From Longimicrobiales bacterium (GTDB lineage Bacteria > Gemmatimonadota > Gemmatimonadetes > Longimicrobiales > Gaopeijiaceae), in NCBI GenBank assembly GCA_965219445.1, contig CBDCNQ010000005.1, forward strand, positions 1,440,001-1,504,000: DNA of 64,000 bases, written 5' to 3'. A program made the translations under genes and the position numbers. A model generated the notes under the pieces. That model saw only the letters and a program-made list of their open reading frames with translations. It did not search any database and was not told where the DNA came from. Numbering within the stretch: the stretch's first letter is position 1; each line of letters opens with the position of its first letter. Positions 1 through 12,337 of the stretch are shown here, piece by piece.

Positions 1-974
1 CCTTCATCCTAGCGCTCTCGGCCGTTCCCTTCGCCCCGGGCGACGTCGTCCTTACGACGCGGAACGATTATGTGTCCAACCAGATCATGTTCCTCTCGCT
101 CGCCTCTCGCTTCGGTATCGAGGTCGTGCGAGCGCCAGACGAGCCCACCGGCGGAGTAGACGTCCAGGCTCTCGCTAAGCTCGTCCACAGAAAGCGGCCC
201 AAGCTAGTGGCTGTCACGCACGTCCCGACGAGCTCGGGCCTGGTTCAGCGCGTAGCGGACGTCGGCACGATCTGTCGCGACCGTGAGATCCTCTACCTGG
301 TCGACGCGTGTCAGTCCGTTGGACAGATGCCCGTCGATGTGGACGACATCGGGTGTGACTTCCTGACCGCGACTTCACGAAAGTTTCTGCGTGGGCCGCG
401 GGGAGTCGGTTTCCTGTACGTCTCCGACCGTGCTCTCGAACTCGGGCTGGAGCCGCTCTTTCCCGACCTCCGCGGGGCGGACTGGATCGAGGGAGATCTC
501 TATCAACCCGCTCCGGGTGCTCGGCGCTTCGAGAACTTCGAGGCGCCCGTGGCACTGGCGCTGGGCATGGGTCGGGCGGCCCGCTACGCAAACGATCTGG
601 GCCTCGAGCTGATTCGGGAGCGTGCCTGGGCCCTCGCGAGATCGATGCGGGAGCGTCTCGCCGACGTGGGCGGCGTGCAGGTCCAAGACAAGGGTGAGGA
701 GCGTTGCGCGATCGTGACCGTGTCCACCGAAGGTCACCATCCCTTGGACCTTCTGCGGGCCCTCAGGAAGGAGGGCATCAATACGTCACGCACCGGGCGA
801 GATGCCGCCATCTTCGACTTCGATGAGAAGGGTGTGGACCAAGTGCTCCGGGTCTCACCCCATTACTACAACACCGAGGAGGAGATCGTAGCTTTCGTCG
901 ATGCGCTGTCGCGTCTCATGACGACTTGGGCCCCGCAAGCGCCTCACGAGTTGCCCGATATCCCTCCTGGATGA
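1..974 (+). CDS. Class V PLP-dependent aminotransferase (cysteine desulfurase-like), 5'-truncated by the window edge
   Basis: Frame open from the window start; VDACQSVG, SRKFLRGPRG (PLP Lys), RVSPHYYNT motifs. Confidence 0.85.
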   Translation, partial: FILALSAVPFAPGDVVLTTRNDYVSNQIMFLSLASRFGIEVVRAPDEPTGGVDVQALAKLVHRKRPKLVAVTHVPTSSGLVQRVADVGTICRDREILYLVDACQSVGQMPVDVDDIGCDFLTATSRKFLRGPRGVGFLYVSDRALELGLEPLFPDLRGADWIEGDLYQPAPGARRFENFEAPVALALGMGRAARYANDLGLELIRERAWALARSMRERLADVGGVQVQDKGEERCAIVTVSTEGHHPLDLLRALRKEGINTSRTGRDAAIFDFDEKGVDQVLRVSPHYYNTEEEIVAFVDALSRLMTTWAPQAPHELPDIPPG

Positions 975-1788
975 AGAAGTGACGCCTTTCGAAGTCGAAC
1001 CCGTCGGTCTCATTGAAGTCCGGCTGCACATAGGTGAGCGGAACGCCGGTCCAGTTCCGTACCGACTCCCTCCTATTCTGGCCAGCCATAATGGAGAAGA
1101 CCCTCTGATGAACCGCGACCAGACCGCCGCCCATCACGGCTCGGGCATCGGCCTGCGGGCCGGCACCGACATCGATGGCGATGATCCGGGTGGCGCCCAT
1201 TTCCGCAGCTTTCCCGAGGGGAAGCATGTCCAACGCCCCCCCGTCGATGAACATACGCCCCCCCACCTCGGCCGGGGGAAAAACAACCGGCAACGCGGCT
1301 GACGCATAGACAGCATCGACCAGGGCCACATCCTGATCGCTCCCGTGACCGAACCAGACCATCTCGCCCGACGCCAAGTCCACCGTATTGACCATGAGAG
1401 GGATGGCCAGCTCGAGCCATTGCTCGGTCGGCAGAAGGTCCAGGATAAAACTCCGCAGCGTGTCGCCCCGGAACATGCTCGGGGATCGAATCCCGTTGAT
1501 CCATACAGCGCGGGGGTTTAGCCGCATGACGTCGCGCCGTCGGAAGCGTTCGGAGTGCTTCTCCATTTCCTCGACGGACCGCCCCCCGGCGAACGCTGCG
1601 CCCATCATTGCCCCGGTGCTCGTACCGATGATCCCGGCCACGGGAATTTTGGCCTCTTGAATCGCCTTCCAGGCCCCCACATGCGCGAACCCCTTGGCCG
1701 CCCCACCACCCATGATGACCCAGGTTCGAGAATGGGCCCCTCTTCCCTCCCCGGGAGGCTGGTTAGAGTCCTTCACTACTCGGACCAT
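916..1788 (-). CDS. Patatin-like phospholipase
   Basis: GGGAAKG, GTSTG nucleophile elbow, DGG motif. Confidence 0.9.
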   Translation of the reverse strand: MVRVVKDSNQPPGEGRGAHSRTWVIMGGGAAKGFAHVGAWKAIQEAKIPVAGIIGTSTGAMMGAAFAGGRSVEEMEKHSERFRRRDVMRLNPRAVWINGIRSPSMFRGDTLRSFILDLLPTEQWLELAIPLMVNTVDLASGEMVWFGHGSDQDVALVDAVYASAALPVVFPPAEVGGRMFIDGGALDMLPLGKAAEMGATRIIAIDVGAGPQADARAVMGGGLVAVHQRVFSIMAGQNRRESVRNWTGVPLTYVQPDFNETDGFDFERRHFFIQEGYRATREALAGPKSS

Positions 1789-1807
1789 GCATGGAACCGT
1801 GCTTGGC

Positions 1808-1860
1808 TTGACGGTATGTTGCAGCCCATCTAGCTTTCACCTAAATGAGAATCATTCTCG
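1808..1860 (+). promoter_or_regulatory. Sigma70-like promoter and Fur-box-like operator of the suf operon
   Basis: TTGACG(1808)-17 nt-TAGCTT(1831); CTAAATGAGAATCATTCTC (1841-1859) matches the 19-bp Fur consensus at 14/19 and contains the GAGAAT-C-ATTCTC dyad. Confidence 0.7.
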
Positions 1861-1891
1861 ATAAGCCCCTCACAGCAGCCTTCGCCTCCAC

Positions 1892-2671
1892 ATGAGCGAT
1901 ACTCCTATCCTTACGATTACTGGCCTTCATGCCAAGGCTGAGGGCGAAGAATTAGACATCCTGAAGGGTGTGGATCTCGAACTTCAACCCGGTGAAATCC
2001 ATGCTATCATGGGACCCAATGGCTCCGGAAAGAGCACCCTCGCCAAGGTGTTGGCGGGGCATCCCGAATACGAAGTCACGGGCGGTGAAATCGTCTTCGA
2101 CGGCGCGTCTCTCCTTGATCTGGAGCCCAATGAGCGTGCTCTCGCGGGAGTCTTCCTGGCGTTCCAATATCCCGTCGAGATTCCCGGCGTCTCCATCGCA
2201 AACTTCTTGAGGTCGGCCCTGCAGGCCCGGCTCGAGGACGGCGAAGAGGTGGACCTCTTCGACTTCCAAGACGAGCTCATGGACCGGATGAAGCTCCTCG
2301 GTATGGAGCCGTCCTTCGCCGAGCGTCCCGTGAACGACGGATTCAGTGGCGGCGAGAAGAAGCGTAACGAAATCCTTCAGATGGCCGTGCTTCGCCCATC
2401 ATTCGCGCTCATGGATGAAACGGACTCGGGACTCGACATCGACGCTCTCCAGATCGTGGCACGGGGCGTAAATACGTTGCGGGAGGAAAATCCGGGGATG
2501 ACGATCCTCCTGATCACGCACTACCAACGCCTGCTCAACTTCATCACGCCGGACGTCGTTCACGTGATGGTCGGCGGCCGTATCGTTCGATCCGGCGGAC
2601 CCGAGGTGGCGATTGATCTGGAGGAGCAGGGATACGCCGACTGGAAGGAACAGGAGGTGGTGACCGCATAA
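1892..2671 (+). CDS. sufC: Fe-S cluster assembly ATPase SufC
   Basis: [40 protein letters not shown]. Confidence 0.97.
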   Translation: MSDTPILTITGLHAKAEGEELDILKGVDLELQPGEIHAIMGPNGSGKSTLAKVLAGHPEYEVTGGEIVFDGASLLDLEPNERALAGVFLAFQYPVEIPGVSIANFLRSALQARLEDGEEVDLFDFQDELMDRMKLLGMEPSFAERPVNDGFSGGEKKRNEILQMAVLRPSFALMDETDSGLDIDALQIVARGVNTLREENPGMTILLITHYQRLLNFITPDVVHVMVGGRIVRSGGPEVAIDLEEQGYADWKEQEVVTA

Positions 2672-2755
2672 CGGACATCAACTGAGAACACGACGTCGTT
2701 TGAGAACACATTGGATCTTTGAGCCGCTCGCCGACTTCAGCAGGACTAGAGTGCC

Positions 2756-4170
2756 ATGCCAGAAAATGAACTAGTAGAAGGACTCGGCCTCGACGAATAC
2801 CAGTACGGGTTCGTCGATGATGAAGCGCACGTTTTCCGGACCAGACCCGGCCTGGACGAGGATATCGTGCGGCAGATTTCGAAGCACAAGGAGGAACCCG
2901 AGTGGATGCTCGAGTTCCGTCTGAAGGCGCTGAAGATCTACGAGCGGAAGCCGATGCCGACCTGGGGCGGCGACCTGTCGGATCTCGAGGCGACGCTCGA
3001 TGAGATCTACTTCTATGTGAAGCCACAGGATCAGATGGAGCGGTCCTGGGACGACGTGCCGGAGACGATCAAGAACACGTTCGAGCGCTTGGGCATCCCC
3101 GATGCGGAGCAAAAGCTCCTGGCAGGCGTCGGCGCGCAGTACGAGTCCGAGATGGTTTACCACTCCCTCAAGGAGGAGTGGTCGTCGAAGGGCGTGATCT
3201 TCGATTCGATCGAAGACGGGCTCAAGAACCACCCGGAGCTCTTCCGTGAGTATTTCGCGACCGTCATTCCCGCTGCAGACAACAAGTTCGCGGCGCTCAA
3301 CTCGGCGGTCTGGTCTGGGGGCTCGTTCGTCTACATTCCGAGGGGTGTGGAGCTCGAGACGCCGCTACAGGCGTACTTCCGGGTCAACCAAGAGCGCATG
3401 GGGCAGTTCGAGCGCACGCTGATCATCGTCGACGAGGGCGCTCACGCTCACTACATCGAGGGATGCACGGCGCCGGTCTATTCCACCGATTCGTTCCACT
3501 CCGGTGTGATCGAGATCGTGCTGAAGAGGGACGCGAGATTCCGCTACACGACCATCCAGAATTGGTCGAACAACATGTACAACCTCGTGACTCAACGCGC
3601 CTTGGTGAACCAAAACGCGAACATGGAGTGGCTCGACGGCAACCTCGGGTCCAAGCTCACGATGAAGTATCCGTCGTGCTATCTCGTGGGCGAGGGAGCA
3701 CACGGCGAGATCATGTCGATCGCATACGCCAGCGACGGGCAGCACCAAGATACCGGGGGCAAGGTTGTCCATGTGGCGCCGAACACGACGTCCTCGATCA
3801 TTTCGAAGTCGATCTCGAAGGGCCACGGCCGCTCATCGTATCGTGGCCTCTGCAAAGTGTACGAGGGTGCGGTCAACGCCCGCTCCAACGTCGAGTGTGA
3901 TGCGCTTCTCATCGACGCGACTTCGCGCACCGATACCTACCCGTATATCGAGATCGAAGAGCAGCAGGCGTCGGTGGGACACGAGGCCACCGTCTCCAAG
4001 GTAGGCGACGCTCAGCTCTTCTACCTCATGAGCCGCGGGCTGACAAAAGAGGAGGCCATGGCGCTCATCGTGCGTGGATTCATCGAGCCCATCGCCAAGG
4101 AGCTTCCGCTCGAGTACGCGGTCGAGCTCAACCGGCTCATCGAGCTCGAAATGGAGGGATCGGTCGGCTG

Positions 4171-4171
<1 letters not shown>
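2756..4171 (+). CDS. sufB: Fe-S cluster assembly protein SufB
   Basis: [33 protein letters not shown]...EGSVG. Confidence 0.97.
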
Positions 4172-5521
<1,350 letters not shown>

Positions 5522-5529
<8 letters not shown>

Positions 5530-5851
5530 TGGAGGGGAGGGCGACGGCGCGTGGATAAGGGTCGCCGACCTCGGTGAGTGCGCGCCGGGCAACCTTTTGG
5601 AAGTAGAGGCCGGACCGGAAAGGATCGTCCTGGCCAACGTCGACGGAGATCTTTACGCCCTCGAGAATCGCTGCTCACATGAGGATCAACCGCTCTCCGA
5701 CGGAGAGCTGGACGGGGATCGATTGGAGTGCTTGTACCACGGTGCTCAATTCGACGTGTGCACGGGTAAAGCCATGGAGCTTCCGGCCGTCAAGCCGGTG
5801 GAAACGTTCACCGTCGAAATCCGGGGCCAAGACATCTACGTCCAGATCTAA
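5522..5851 (+). CDS. Rieske-type [2Fe-2S] ferredoxin
   Basis: CSH...CLYH ligand motifs. Confidence 0.92.
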
Positions 5852-5894
5852 AGACGTCATCTTCTGAAGACGTCGAAGAGGTGAAGGAACTGAC

Positions 5895-7142
5895 ATGCCT
5901 ACCACCACTCCTGGACTCGAACGGACGGCCTTGAGGGATCAGTTCCCGATCCTGACCCAGGAGGTGGGCGGGCATCCGCTCGTATACCTGGACAACGCCG
6001 CAACATCGCAGAAGCCCCAAAGCGTGCTGGACGTCCTCTCGGAGTATTATGAGCAGGACAACGCCAATGTGCACCGCGGCATCCACGAGCTGAGCCGCCG
6101 AGCCACCATTGCCTTCGAGGGGGCACGCGTGAAGCTGGCGAAGTTCATCGGCGCGGCGGATTCGGCCGAATTGGTGTGGACCCGCGGCACCACGGAGGCC
6201 ATCAATTTGGTGGCGGGCAGTTGGGGGCTGGACACACTTGCTGAGGGCGACGAGATCCTTCTGAGCTCCTCGGAGCACCACTCCAACATCGTTCCATGGC
6301 AGTTGGTGGCCCGCCGTACCGGCGCCCGCCTCCGGTACATCGAGATGGACGAGCAGGGCCGACTGATCATCGACGATCTTCCTGGGCTGATTACGGATCG
6401 CACTCGGATGGTCTCCATATCCCATATCTCGAACGCGTTGGGGACGGTCAATCCGGTACGTGAGATCGTCGAGCAGGCCAAGAGGGTCGGGGCACTGGTG
6501 CTGGTCGACGGTGCCCAGGCGGTCCCCCACCGTCGGGTCGACGTTCAGGAACTCGGCTGCGACTTCTACGCGTTCTCGGGACACAAGATGTGTGGTCCCA
6601 CGGGGACGGGTGGCCTGTGGGCCCGGCGCTCGCTCCTCGAGTCGATGCCGCCGTACCACGGGGGGGGCGAGATGATTCGCATCGTCGGCCGTGAGGAGAG
6701 CACCTGGGCCGAGATTCCACACAAATTCGAGGCCGGCACGCCGAACATCGCGGGAGCCATTGCTCTGGGAGCGGCGGCAGACTTCCTCGACGAGGTCGGG
6801 TTCGACGCCATCGCCGAGCACGAAAGGGACTTGCTCGCCTACGCTCTCGGACGGCTCGACGACCTGGGGGGGATTCACATCTACGGGCCCACCGACTTGG
6901 ACGAACGGTCCGGCGTCATCTCATTCACCATGGGAGACGCCCACCCTCACGACATCTCGACGATCCTCGACTCCAAGGCGATCGCCATCCGCGCCGGTCA
7001 TCACTGCGCTCAACTCGTCATGCAGCACTTCGGGATCTCAGCCACCGCGCGCGCGAGCTTCTACCTCTACAACTCGAGGGACGACGTGGACCGTCTCGTT
7101 GAGGGCCTCGCCTCGGTGAAGGAGATTTTCGGACCGGCTTGA
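5895..7142 (+). CDS. sufS: Cysteine desulfurase SufS
   Basis: YLDNAATSQKP, SGHKM, RAGHHCA. Confidence 0.96.
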   Translation: MPTTTPGLERTALRDQFPILTQEVGGHPLVYLDNAATSQKPQSVLDVLSEYYEQDNANVHRGIHELSRRATIAFEGARVKLAKFIGAADSAELVWTRGTTEAINLVAGSWGLDTLAEGDEILLSSSEHHSNIVPWQLVARRTGARLRYIEMDEQGRLIIDDLPGLITDRTRMVSISHISNALGTVNPVREIVEQAKRVGALVLVDGAQAVPHRRVDVQELGCDFYAFSGHKMCGPTGTGGLWARRSLLESMPPYHGGGEMIRIVGREESTWAEIPHKFEAGTPNIAGAIALGAAADFLDEVGFDAIAEHERDLLAYALGRLDDLGGIHIYGPTDLDERSGVISFTMGDAHPHDISTILDSKAIAIRAGHHCAQLVMQHFGISATARASFYLYNSRDDVDRLVEGLASVKEIFGPA

Positions 7143-7248
7143 AGGCGCGGAATGGAGCTCCGAATTCGGAGATCACCCGGCAACTCGAAATATCCGCATC
7201 GAGGCCGTATACTATGTTTGCTTAGCCCCCCCTTCTTGTGGCCGACTC

Positions 7249-7743
7249 ATGACGGAAGTCCCCTTAACCTCTCTCTACCAAGAGCTCATCCTCGAGCACT
7301 ACCGCCGCCCGCGGAACAAGGGGAAGCTGACCGATCACACCACGGCAGCGCACGTGGCCAATCCGGTGTGCGGCGACGAGGTCACCATTCAGATTCGTCT
7401 CGATGGGGAGCGAATCGAAAAGATCGCTTTCGACGGCCAGGGATGCTCGATCTCGCAAGCGTCCGTGTCGATGATGACCGACCTGGTCAAGGGGAGTGAG
7501 CGGAGCGAAGCCATTCGCCTGGCCGACCTCTTTACCGATATGATGCACGGCAGTGTGGGTGCCTCCTCCGATCGGTCCTTGGGGGACTTGCGCGCGTTAC
7601 AGGGCGTCTCGAAGTTCCCGGTGCGCATCCGGTGCGCACTGCTGGCCTTCGACGCGCTCCGCGAGGCACTCGGTAACGGGCTGGAAGCTGATCCAAGGGG
7701 GGAGACGATGGATCCCAAGGGGAGACGACACACTGATGGCTGA
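7249..7743 (+). CDS. sufU: SUF system NifU-family protein SufU
   Basis: LYQELILEH, NPVCGD, GCSISQAS, RIRCALL. Confidence 0.94.
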   Translation: MTEVPLTSLYQELILEHYRRPRNKGKLTDHTTAAHVANPVCGDEVTIQIRLDGERIEKIAFDGQGCSISQASVSMMTDLVKGSERSEAIRLADLFTDMMHGSVGASSDRSLGDLRALQGVSKFPVRIRCALLAFDALREALGNGLEADPRGETMDPKGRRHTDG

Positions 7744-8308
7744 GCATGAGAGCGCTTCCGCAGTTTACTCGGGAGTCTTGCACAACACGCCCGCCGGAGC
7801 CATCGCCGTCTGGGTCACCCGCAACGGGGTTCGCCGGATCGCTGGGGTCACTCCCGAGATGATCGAGGAGGGTCACTGGGATCCGGAGGGACACCGCACG
7901 CTCAGGGTCGCCCTTCACCAGCTCAATCAATACTTCAACCGGAAGAGAGAGCAGTTCCATCTTCCGCTCGATTTCTCCGGAGCCACTGAATTCCAGAAGC
8001 GCATTTTCGAGCGGCTGACTGAAATTCCCTATGGTCGCATCGTGTCGTACGGGGACATCGCCGACGAGATGGGAGTGGCCGGCGCCGCGCGGGCGGTCGG
8101 CCAGGCCGTGGGGGCCAACCCCCTTCCGATTGTCGTTCCGTGCCATCGCGTCATCCGAAGCGACGGCCGGCTGGGGGGCTATTCCGGAGGACTTCGCCAG
8201 AAGGTCGCCCTCCTTGCTGTCGAGGGTGTCGACGTCGACGGGCACCAGCCGGGGAGCCGAGTCCATCCGGAAGTGCTGCGGCTTCCGCTGTCGGACCTGC
8301 ATATGTGA
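7736..8308 (+). CDS. ogt: Methylated-DNA-protein cysteine S-methyltransferase
   Basis: IPYG, ARAVG, VPCHRV active site; start re-assigned to ATG 7736 overlapping sufU. Confidence 0.92.
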   Translation: MAEHESASAVYSGVLHNTPAGAIAVWVTRNGVRRIAGVTPEMIEEGHWDPEGHRTLRVALHQLNQYFNRKREQFHLPLDFSGATEFQKRIFERLTEIPYGRIVSYGDIADEMGVAGAARAVGQAVGANPLPIVVPCHRVIRSDGRLGGYSGGLRQKVALLAVEGVDVDGHQPGSRVHPEVLRLPLSDLHM

Positions 8309-8571
8309 AGCTGCACCCATACCGACAACAATCGCACCTGTATGGAGCACACACACCGCGCCTCTGGACACCGGGGGCGTTCGACGCTCAGCAGATGACA
8401 GCCGCGAACCTTCGGCAGAATACCTTGTGCACGATGGCACCCCATCCTAGGCCGCTTGCCGGGAATGCAGCACCCTAGGTATCGTTTAGACAGTGACAAG
8501 AGATTCGAAAGAGTTGGATCGAAGCCGCGCCGAGCGAATTTCCGTGGAGTCGGCCCATTAGGAGTGTTGTT

Positions 8572-8967
8572 ATGCCCCAAGGACGCCGCGGCTTTACTCT
8601 GATCGAGCTTTTGCTCGTGCTGGTAATCACCGCGACCCTCGCTACGATCGCCATCCCCCAACTCTCGGGGGCCAGAGAAAAGGCGTTCATTGCCACGGTA
8701 ACGTCGGATCTCAAGATCATGGCCTCTCAAATGGAGATCTACCAGTCGGAGAATCAGATCTACCCGGCGAACGTCGCGTTGCTGACCAATCTTACGTTGA
8801 GCGACGGTGTCAACATCACCATCAACGAGTCCTCGGCTGGATCGGGCTGGGCCGCGACCGCATACCACAATGCGCTGACGGCACGTCAGTGTGGAATCTT
8901 CTACGGCAATGCATCGGCCAGCAACGCGGTTCCGGCGATTTCTCCGGGCACGGTCATATGCCAATGA
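8572..8967 (+). CDS. Type IV pilin-like protein
   Basis: RRG/FTLIE prepilin cleavage site, hydrophobic helix, C-terminal Cys pair. Confidence 0.9.
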   Translation: MPQGRRGFTLIELLLVLVITATLATIAIPQLSGAREKAFIATVTSDLKIMASQMEIYQSENQIYPANVALLTNLTLSDGVNITINESSAGSGWAATAYHNALTARQCGIFYGNASASNAVPAISPGTVICQ

Positions 8968-8974
8968 GGGCTCC

Positions 8975-9433
8975 CTAAGTTCTCCTCGACGGCTGAGGTG
9001 GCCGAGCCGCTCCGCGGTCCTCTGCTGCCAGGCCCCCGCCAGATTCGGCCCGCCCACTTAGTGCCACCATCATCCTGTTAAAGCCCGTCTCGACCTCCTG
9101 CAAATACGTATCGGACTGTCGGAATCTCAAACGGTAATCCAAGTCGCCGTGCTCGACGTCCTTGAAGGCCCGTGTCAGATGCACCCACGGACCCGCCAGT
9201 CGATTGGTCGTGAAGATGGCGATCCCTATAGCCACCAATGCGATTATCGGCGTTCGGGTAAGAAGGAAAAACCAGACTTCGCGGTGCAACAATGGCGGCA
9301 CCAGGCCGCTCAGTATCATGCCGACGATGACGACCGGCGCCATCAGCACCACCACAACGACCCAGACGGCAGAGAACCAGAACACGGCTGGAAGGGTGTA
9401 CCTGAATCCGCTTCCAGGGATGTGCTTTTTCAT
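8975..9433 (-). CDS. Small membrane protein with HAMP-like domain
   Basis: Two hydrophobic helices, then RLAGP...GDLDYRLRFR...FNRMM. Confidence 0.7.
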   Translation of the reverse strand: MKKHIPGSGFRYTLPAVFWFSAVWVVVVVLMAPVVIVGMILSGLVPPLLHREVWFFLLTRTPIIALVAIGIAIFTTNRLAGPWVHLTRAFKDVEHGDLDYRLRFRQSDTYLQEVETGFNRMMVALSGRAESGGGLAAEDRGAARPPQPSRRT

Positions 9434-9506
9434 CTCGATCGCCCTCCCGCTGTGAGATCTCGAAAACCGCGGCTATTCCAACGGTAACAGGTGCAGTACG
9501 ACTTCT

Positions 9507-10787
9507 CTACGAAATCTCACGATGATGCGGACCGCCTTGCCACGGCTGGAGCACCACCTTCACCGCGCCGCTCTTCCGGTGGTTCGCCGCCGCACGCAGC
9601 GCGTCCCGAAACTGCTCGAGCGGATAGACGTGCGTGACCATATCTTGGACGGGCGCCCCCGTCTCGAGCAGGAGATCGTGTGCGATCTCGAAGGTGTGCC
9701 GTCGCTCGCCCCGCCAGCTTTCCTGTCCGTAGCCGACCGCTCCCCGGATGCGGAGCTCTCTGGCCCAGACGAAGGTGAGATCCAGCTTCTTGAACTCGGC
9801 CACGCACCCGATGACCACGATGCGCCCGCGCGGTGAGGCGAAACCGAGCGACTGGGCGACGCTGCTCCGGTTACCGACACAGTCGTAGATGAGTGGAAAG
9901 CCACCCCCTGAGTAGACTTCGGGGCCCACTACGGGCATATAGGCAGACGCCCCGGTGTCGATTAACGCCTCTCGCGCGTCCAAACCCGGTGCCACCACGT
10001 CGGTAGCGCCCAACCTCCGGGCCAACTCCTGTTCATGTGCCCGCTTGGCCTGCGCCAGGATCGGGCCGTGGAAGCCGGTCGCCCGGAGGGCCCAAATGGT
10101 GGCCAGGGCGATCGTGCCACTCCCGATGACCAAGACCGGCTCCTGGTCCCTCGGAGGCGTGCGCAACACAGCGTGCAGGGCGATGGAGAGCGGCTCCAAA
10201 AGCACGGCCGCGTTGTCCGTCAACGCGTCGGCAACGGCAAAGACCTGGGACTCGTGGGCGAGCACGGTCTGGCCCCACCCACCCGGCAGATCTCGGTGAT
10301 AGCCGATTGTGAGGCCTCTTGAGAGCGGCTGATCTCCAATCAACGTGAGGCCCTCCTCGCCGGCCCGCTCACAGGTGCAGTGAAGCCCCTCGTAACAGGA
10401 GGGACACGGATTGTCGGGAGGGTATCCTCGGGTCGTGCACGAGATCATCGGGTCCACCGTCACCCGCTGGCCGGGCGACACCCTGGAGACCTGCGCACCG
10501 ACCGACCTCACCCTTCCCAGAATCTCATGCCCGAGCACCGCCGGGAACGAACCGAAGGGCTCCATCGCCGGGCTCGCGGAGTAGGTCAGGTTGCCGACAT
10601 CGCTTCCACAAATCCCCCCCGCGGTGACCTCGATCTCGACCCAGTCCGGCCCTGGCAGCTCCGGCTCGGGAAGATCGCGCATTCTTACGCCGCTGAGAAG
10701 CCCGAACAGAGCCGAATCCGTGACCCGCCCCGCCGTCTTCGCGAGAAGGAAGTGAGGCACAGATACGTTGAACGTGACTCCCTTCAT
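9507..10787 (-). CDS. Zn-dependent medium-chain dehydrogenase
   Basis: GICGSD, GHE, structural Cys cluster, GSGTIA. Confidence 0.9.
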   Translation of the reverse strand: MKGVTFNVSVPHFLLAKTAGRVTDSALFGLLSGVRMRDLPEPELPGPDWVEIEVTAGGICGSDVGNLTYSASPAMEPFGSFPAVLGHEILGRVRSVGAQVSRVSPGQRVTVDPMISCTTRGYPPDNPCPSCYEGLHCTCERAGEEGLTLIGDQPLSRGLTIGYHRDLPGGWGQTVLAHESQVFAVADALTDNAAVLLEPLSIALHAVLRTPPRDQEPVLVIGSGTIALATIWALRATGFHGPILAQAKRAHEQELARRLGATDVVAPGLDAREALIDTGASAYMPVVGPEVYSGGGFPLIYDCVGNRSSVAQSLGFASPRGRIVVIGCVAEFKKLDLTFVWARELRIRGAVGYGQESWRGERRHTFEIAHDLLLETGAPVQDMVTHVYPLEQFRDALRAAANHRKSGAVKVVLQPWQGGPHHREIS

Positions 10788-10995
10788 GGTCGCGTGCTTC
10801 GCCTCCCGTTCGTTTCCAGCTTACTCTTCGCTTCGGGCACCGACTCGAGTCATGGCCTCGCCGTCGGGGGGGCCGGAGTCGAACGGGGACCAGTCTAGCT
10901 CCGGACGATTCGCCAAGCCACCAGTGGGTAGCCGCCAGTGGGTCGCAGTCCTCCGTCACGGAACTGCGGCCGGAGGCCGTGGGTTACAGGGGGTC

Positions 10996-12276
10996 ATGAC
11001 CAAGCGCACCGCCATCATCACGGGAATCCGTACGGCGTTCGTCCGGTCCGGGACCGTCTTCAAGGACCTGACGGCCATCGATCTGGGTGTGCTCGCCGTG
11101 CGTGAACTCATGGACCGAAGCGGTGTCCGTGGCGAGGACATGGGCCATCTTGTCTACGGGACCGTCGTGCACGATCCACACGCTCCCAACATCGCCCGCG
11201 AAGTCGGACTGGCCACCCTCCCCAAAACCGTGCCTGCCGTGACCGTCTCCCGGGCCTGCGCCACCGCCAATCAGTCGATCGCGGACGGCGCGAATCTCAT
11301 CGAGCGTGGCTACGCTGACGTCGTCGTCGCCGGGGGTGCCGAGTCGCTCACGCACATTCCGATCACCCTCAAGCACTCCTTCGCGCAAAAGCTGATCGGC
11401 GTCTCCAAGGCGAAGACGCTCGGCGCCCGGCTCGGTACACTGGCCAAGATCCGACCGAGGGACTTCGTGCCCAACTTCCCCCAGATCGCCGAGCCCACCA
11501 CCGGCGAAAGCATGGGTGAGTCCGCCGAGCGCATGGCCAAAGAGAACGGCATCAGTCGGTCTGATCAGGACGAGTGGGCACTCCGCTCTCATCAGCTCGC
11601 CTCGGCCGGTACGAGAGACGGGAGGCTCACCGCAGAGATCGGGCCCGTCTACTTGCCCCCGCGTTTCGAGACCGTCGTGGAGACCGACAACGGCATACGC
11701 ACCGACACCAGCGCAGAGGCCCTGGCCAAGCTGAGGCCCGTATTCGACCGAAAACACGGGAGCGTGACGGCCGGCAACGCTTCGCCTCTCACCGACGGGG
11801 GCTCGGCGGTCCTGATGATGTCCGAGGAGCGGGCGAGGGCGGACGGCCTCGAGCCAATGGGCTTCATCCGCAGCTACGCCTTCTCAGGCCTGGACCCAGG
11901 GGGGCAACTCCTCCAGGGACCCGCCTACGCCGCGCCGATGGCACTGGACCGTGCGGGCGTCACCATGGCGGACATCGGCCTCATGGAGATGCACGAGGCC
12001 TTCGCGGCGCAGGTGCTCTCGAACCTCCAGGCGCTCTCTTCTCAGAAGTTCGCCGAGGAGGAGTTGGGCCGAAGCCAAGCCGTGGGGCATCCGGACATCG
12101 AGCGCATCAACGTGATGGGCGGCTCCATCGCGATCGGCCATCCGTTCGGGGCAACCGGTGCCCGCATCACGACGACGCTGCTCAACGAGATGAAGCGGAG
12201 GGATGTGGAGTTCGGGTTGATCACGGTGTGTGCGGCGGGCGGGCTGGGGTTCGCGATGGTGGTGGAGCGGGCCTGA
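10996..12276 (+). CDS. fadI: Acetyl-CoA C-acyltransferase (FadI-type thiolase)
   Basis: VSRACAT, HEAFAAQ, GHPFGATG, CAAGGLG; start re-assigned to ATG 10996. Confidence 0.88.
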   Translation: MTKRTAIITGIRTAFVRSGTVFKDLTAIDLGVLAVRELMDRSGVRGEDMGHLVYGTVVHDPHAPNIAREVGLATLPKTVPAVTVSRACATANQSIADGANLIERGYADVVVAGGAESLTHIPITLKHSFAQKLIGVSKAKTLGARLGTLAKIRPRDFVPNFPQIAEPTTGESMGESAERMAKENGISRSDQDEWALRSHQLASAGTRDGRLTAEIGPVYLPPRFETVVETDNGIRTDTSAEALAKLRPVFDRKHGSVTAGNASPLTDGGSAVLMMSEERARADGLEPMGFIRSYAFSGLDPGGQLLQGPAYAAPMALDRAGVTMADIGLMEMHEAFAAQVLSNLQALSSQKFAEEELGRSQAVGHPDIERINVMGGSIAIGHPFGATGARITTTLLNEMKRRDVEFGLITVCAAGGLGFAMVVERA

Positions 12277-12337
12277 GGAGGGAGATCTCCGATCGAGCTA
12301 CTGGCCGCCGGGAACGATCTCCTCCGAGCGACCGCTT

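Noticed and set aside
8434..8460. Sigma54 promoter for the pilin gene (TGGCAC)
   Set aside because: No TTGC at the required -12 spacing
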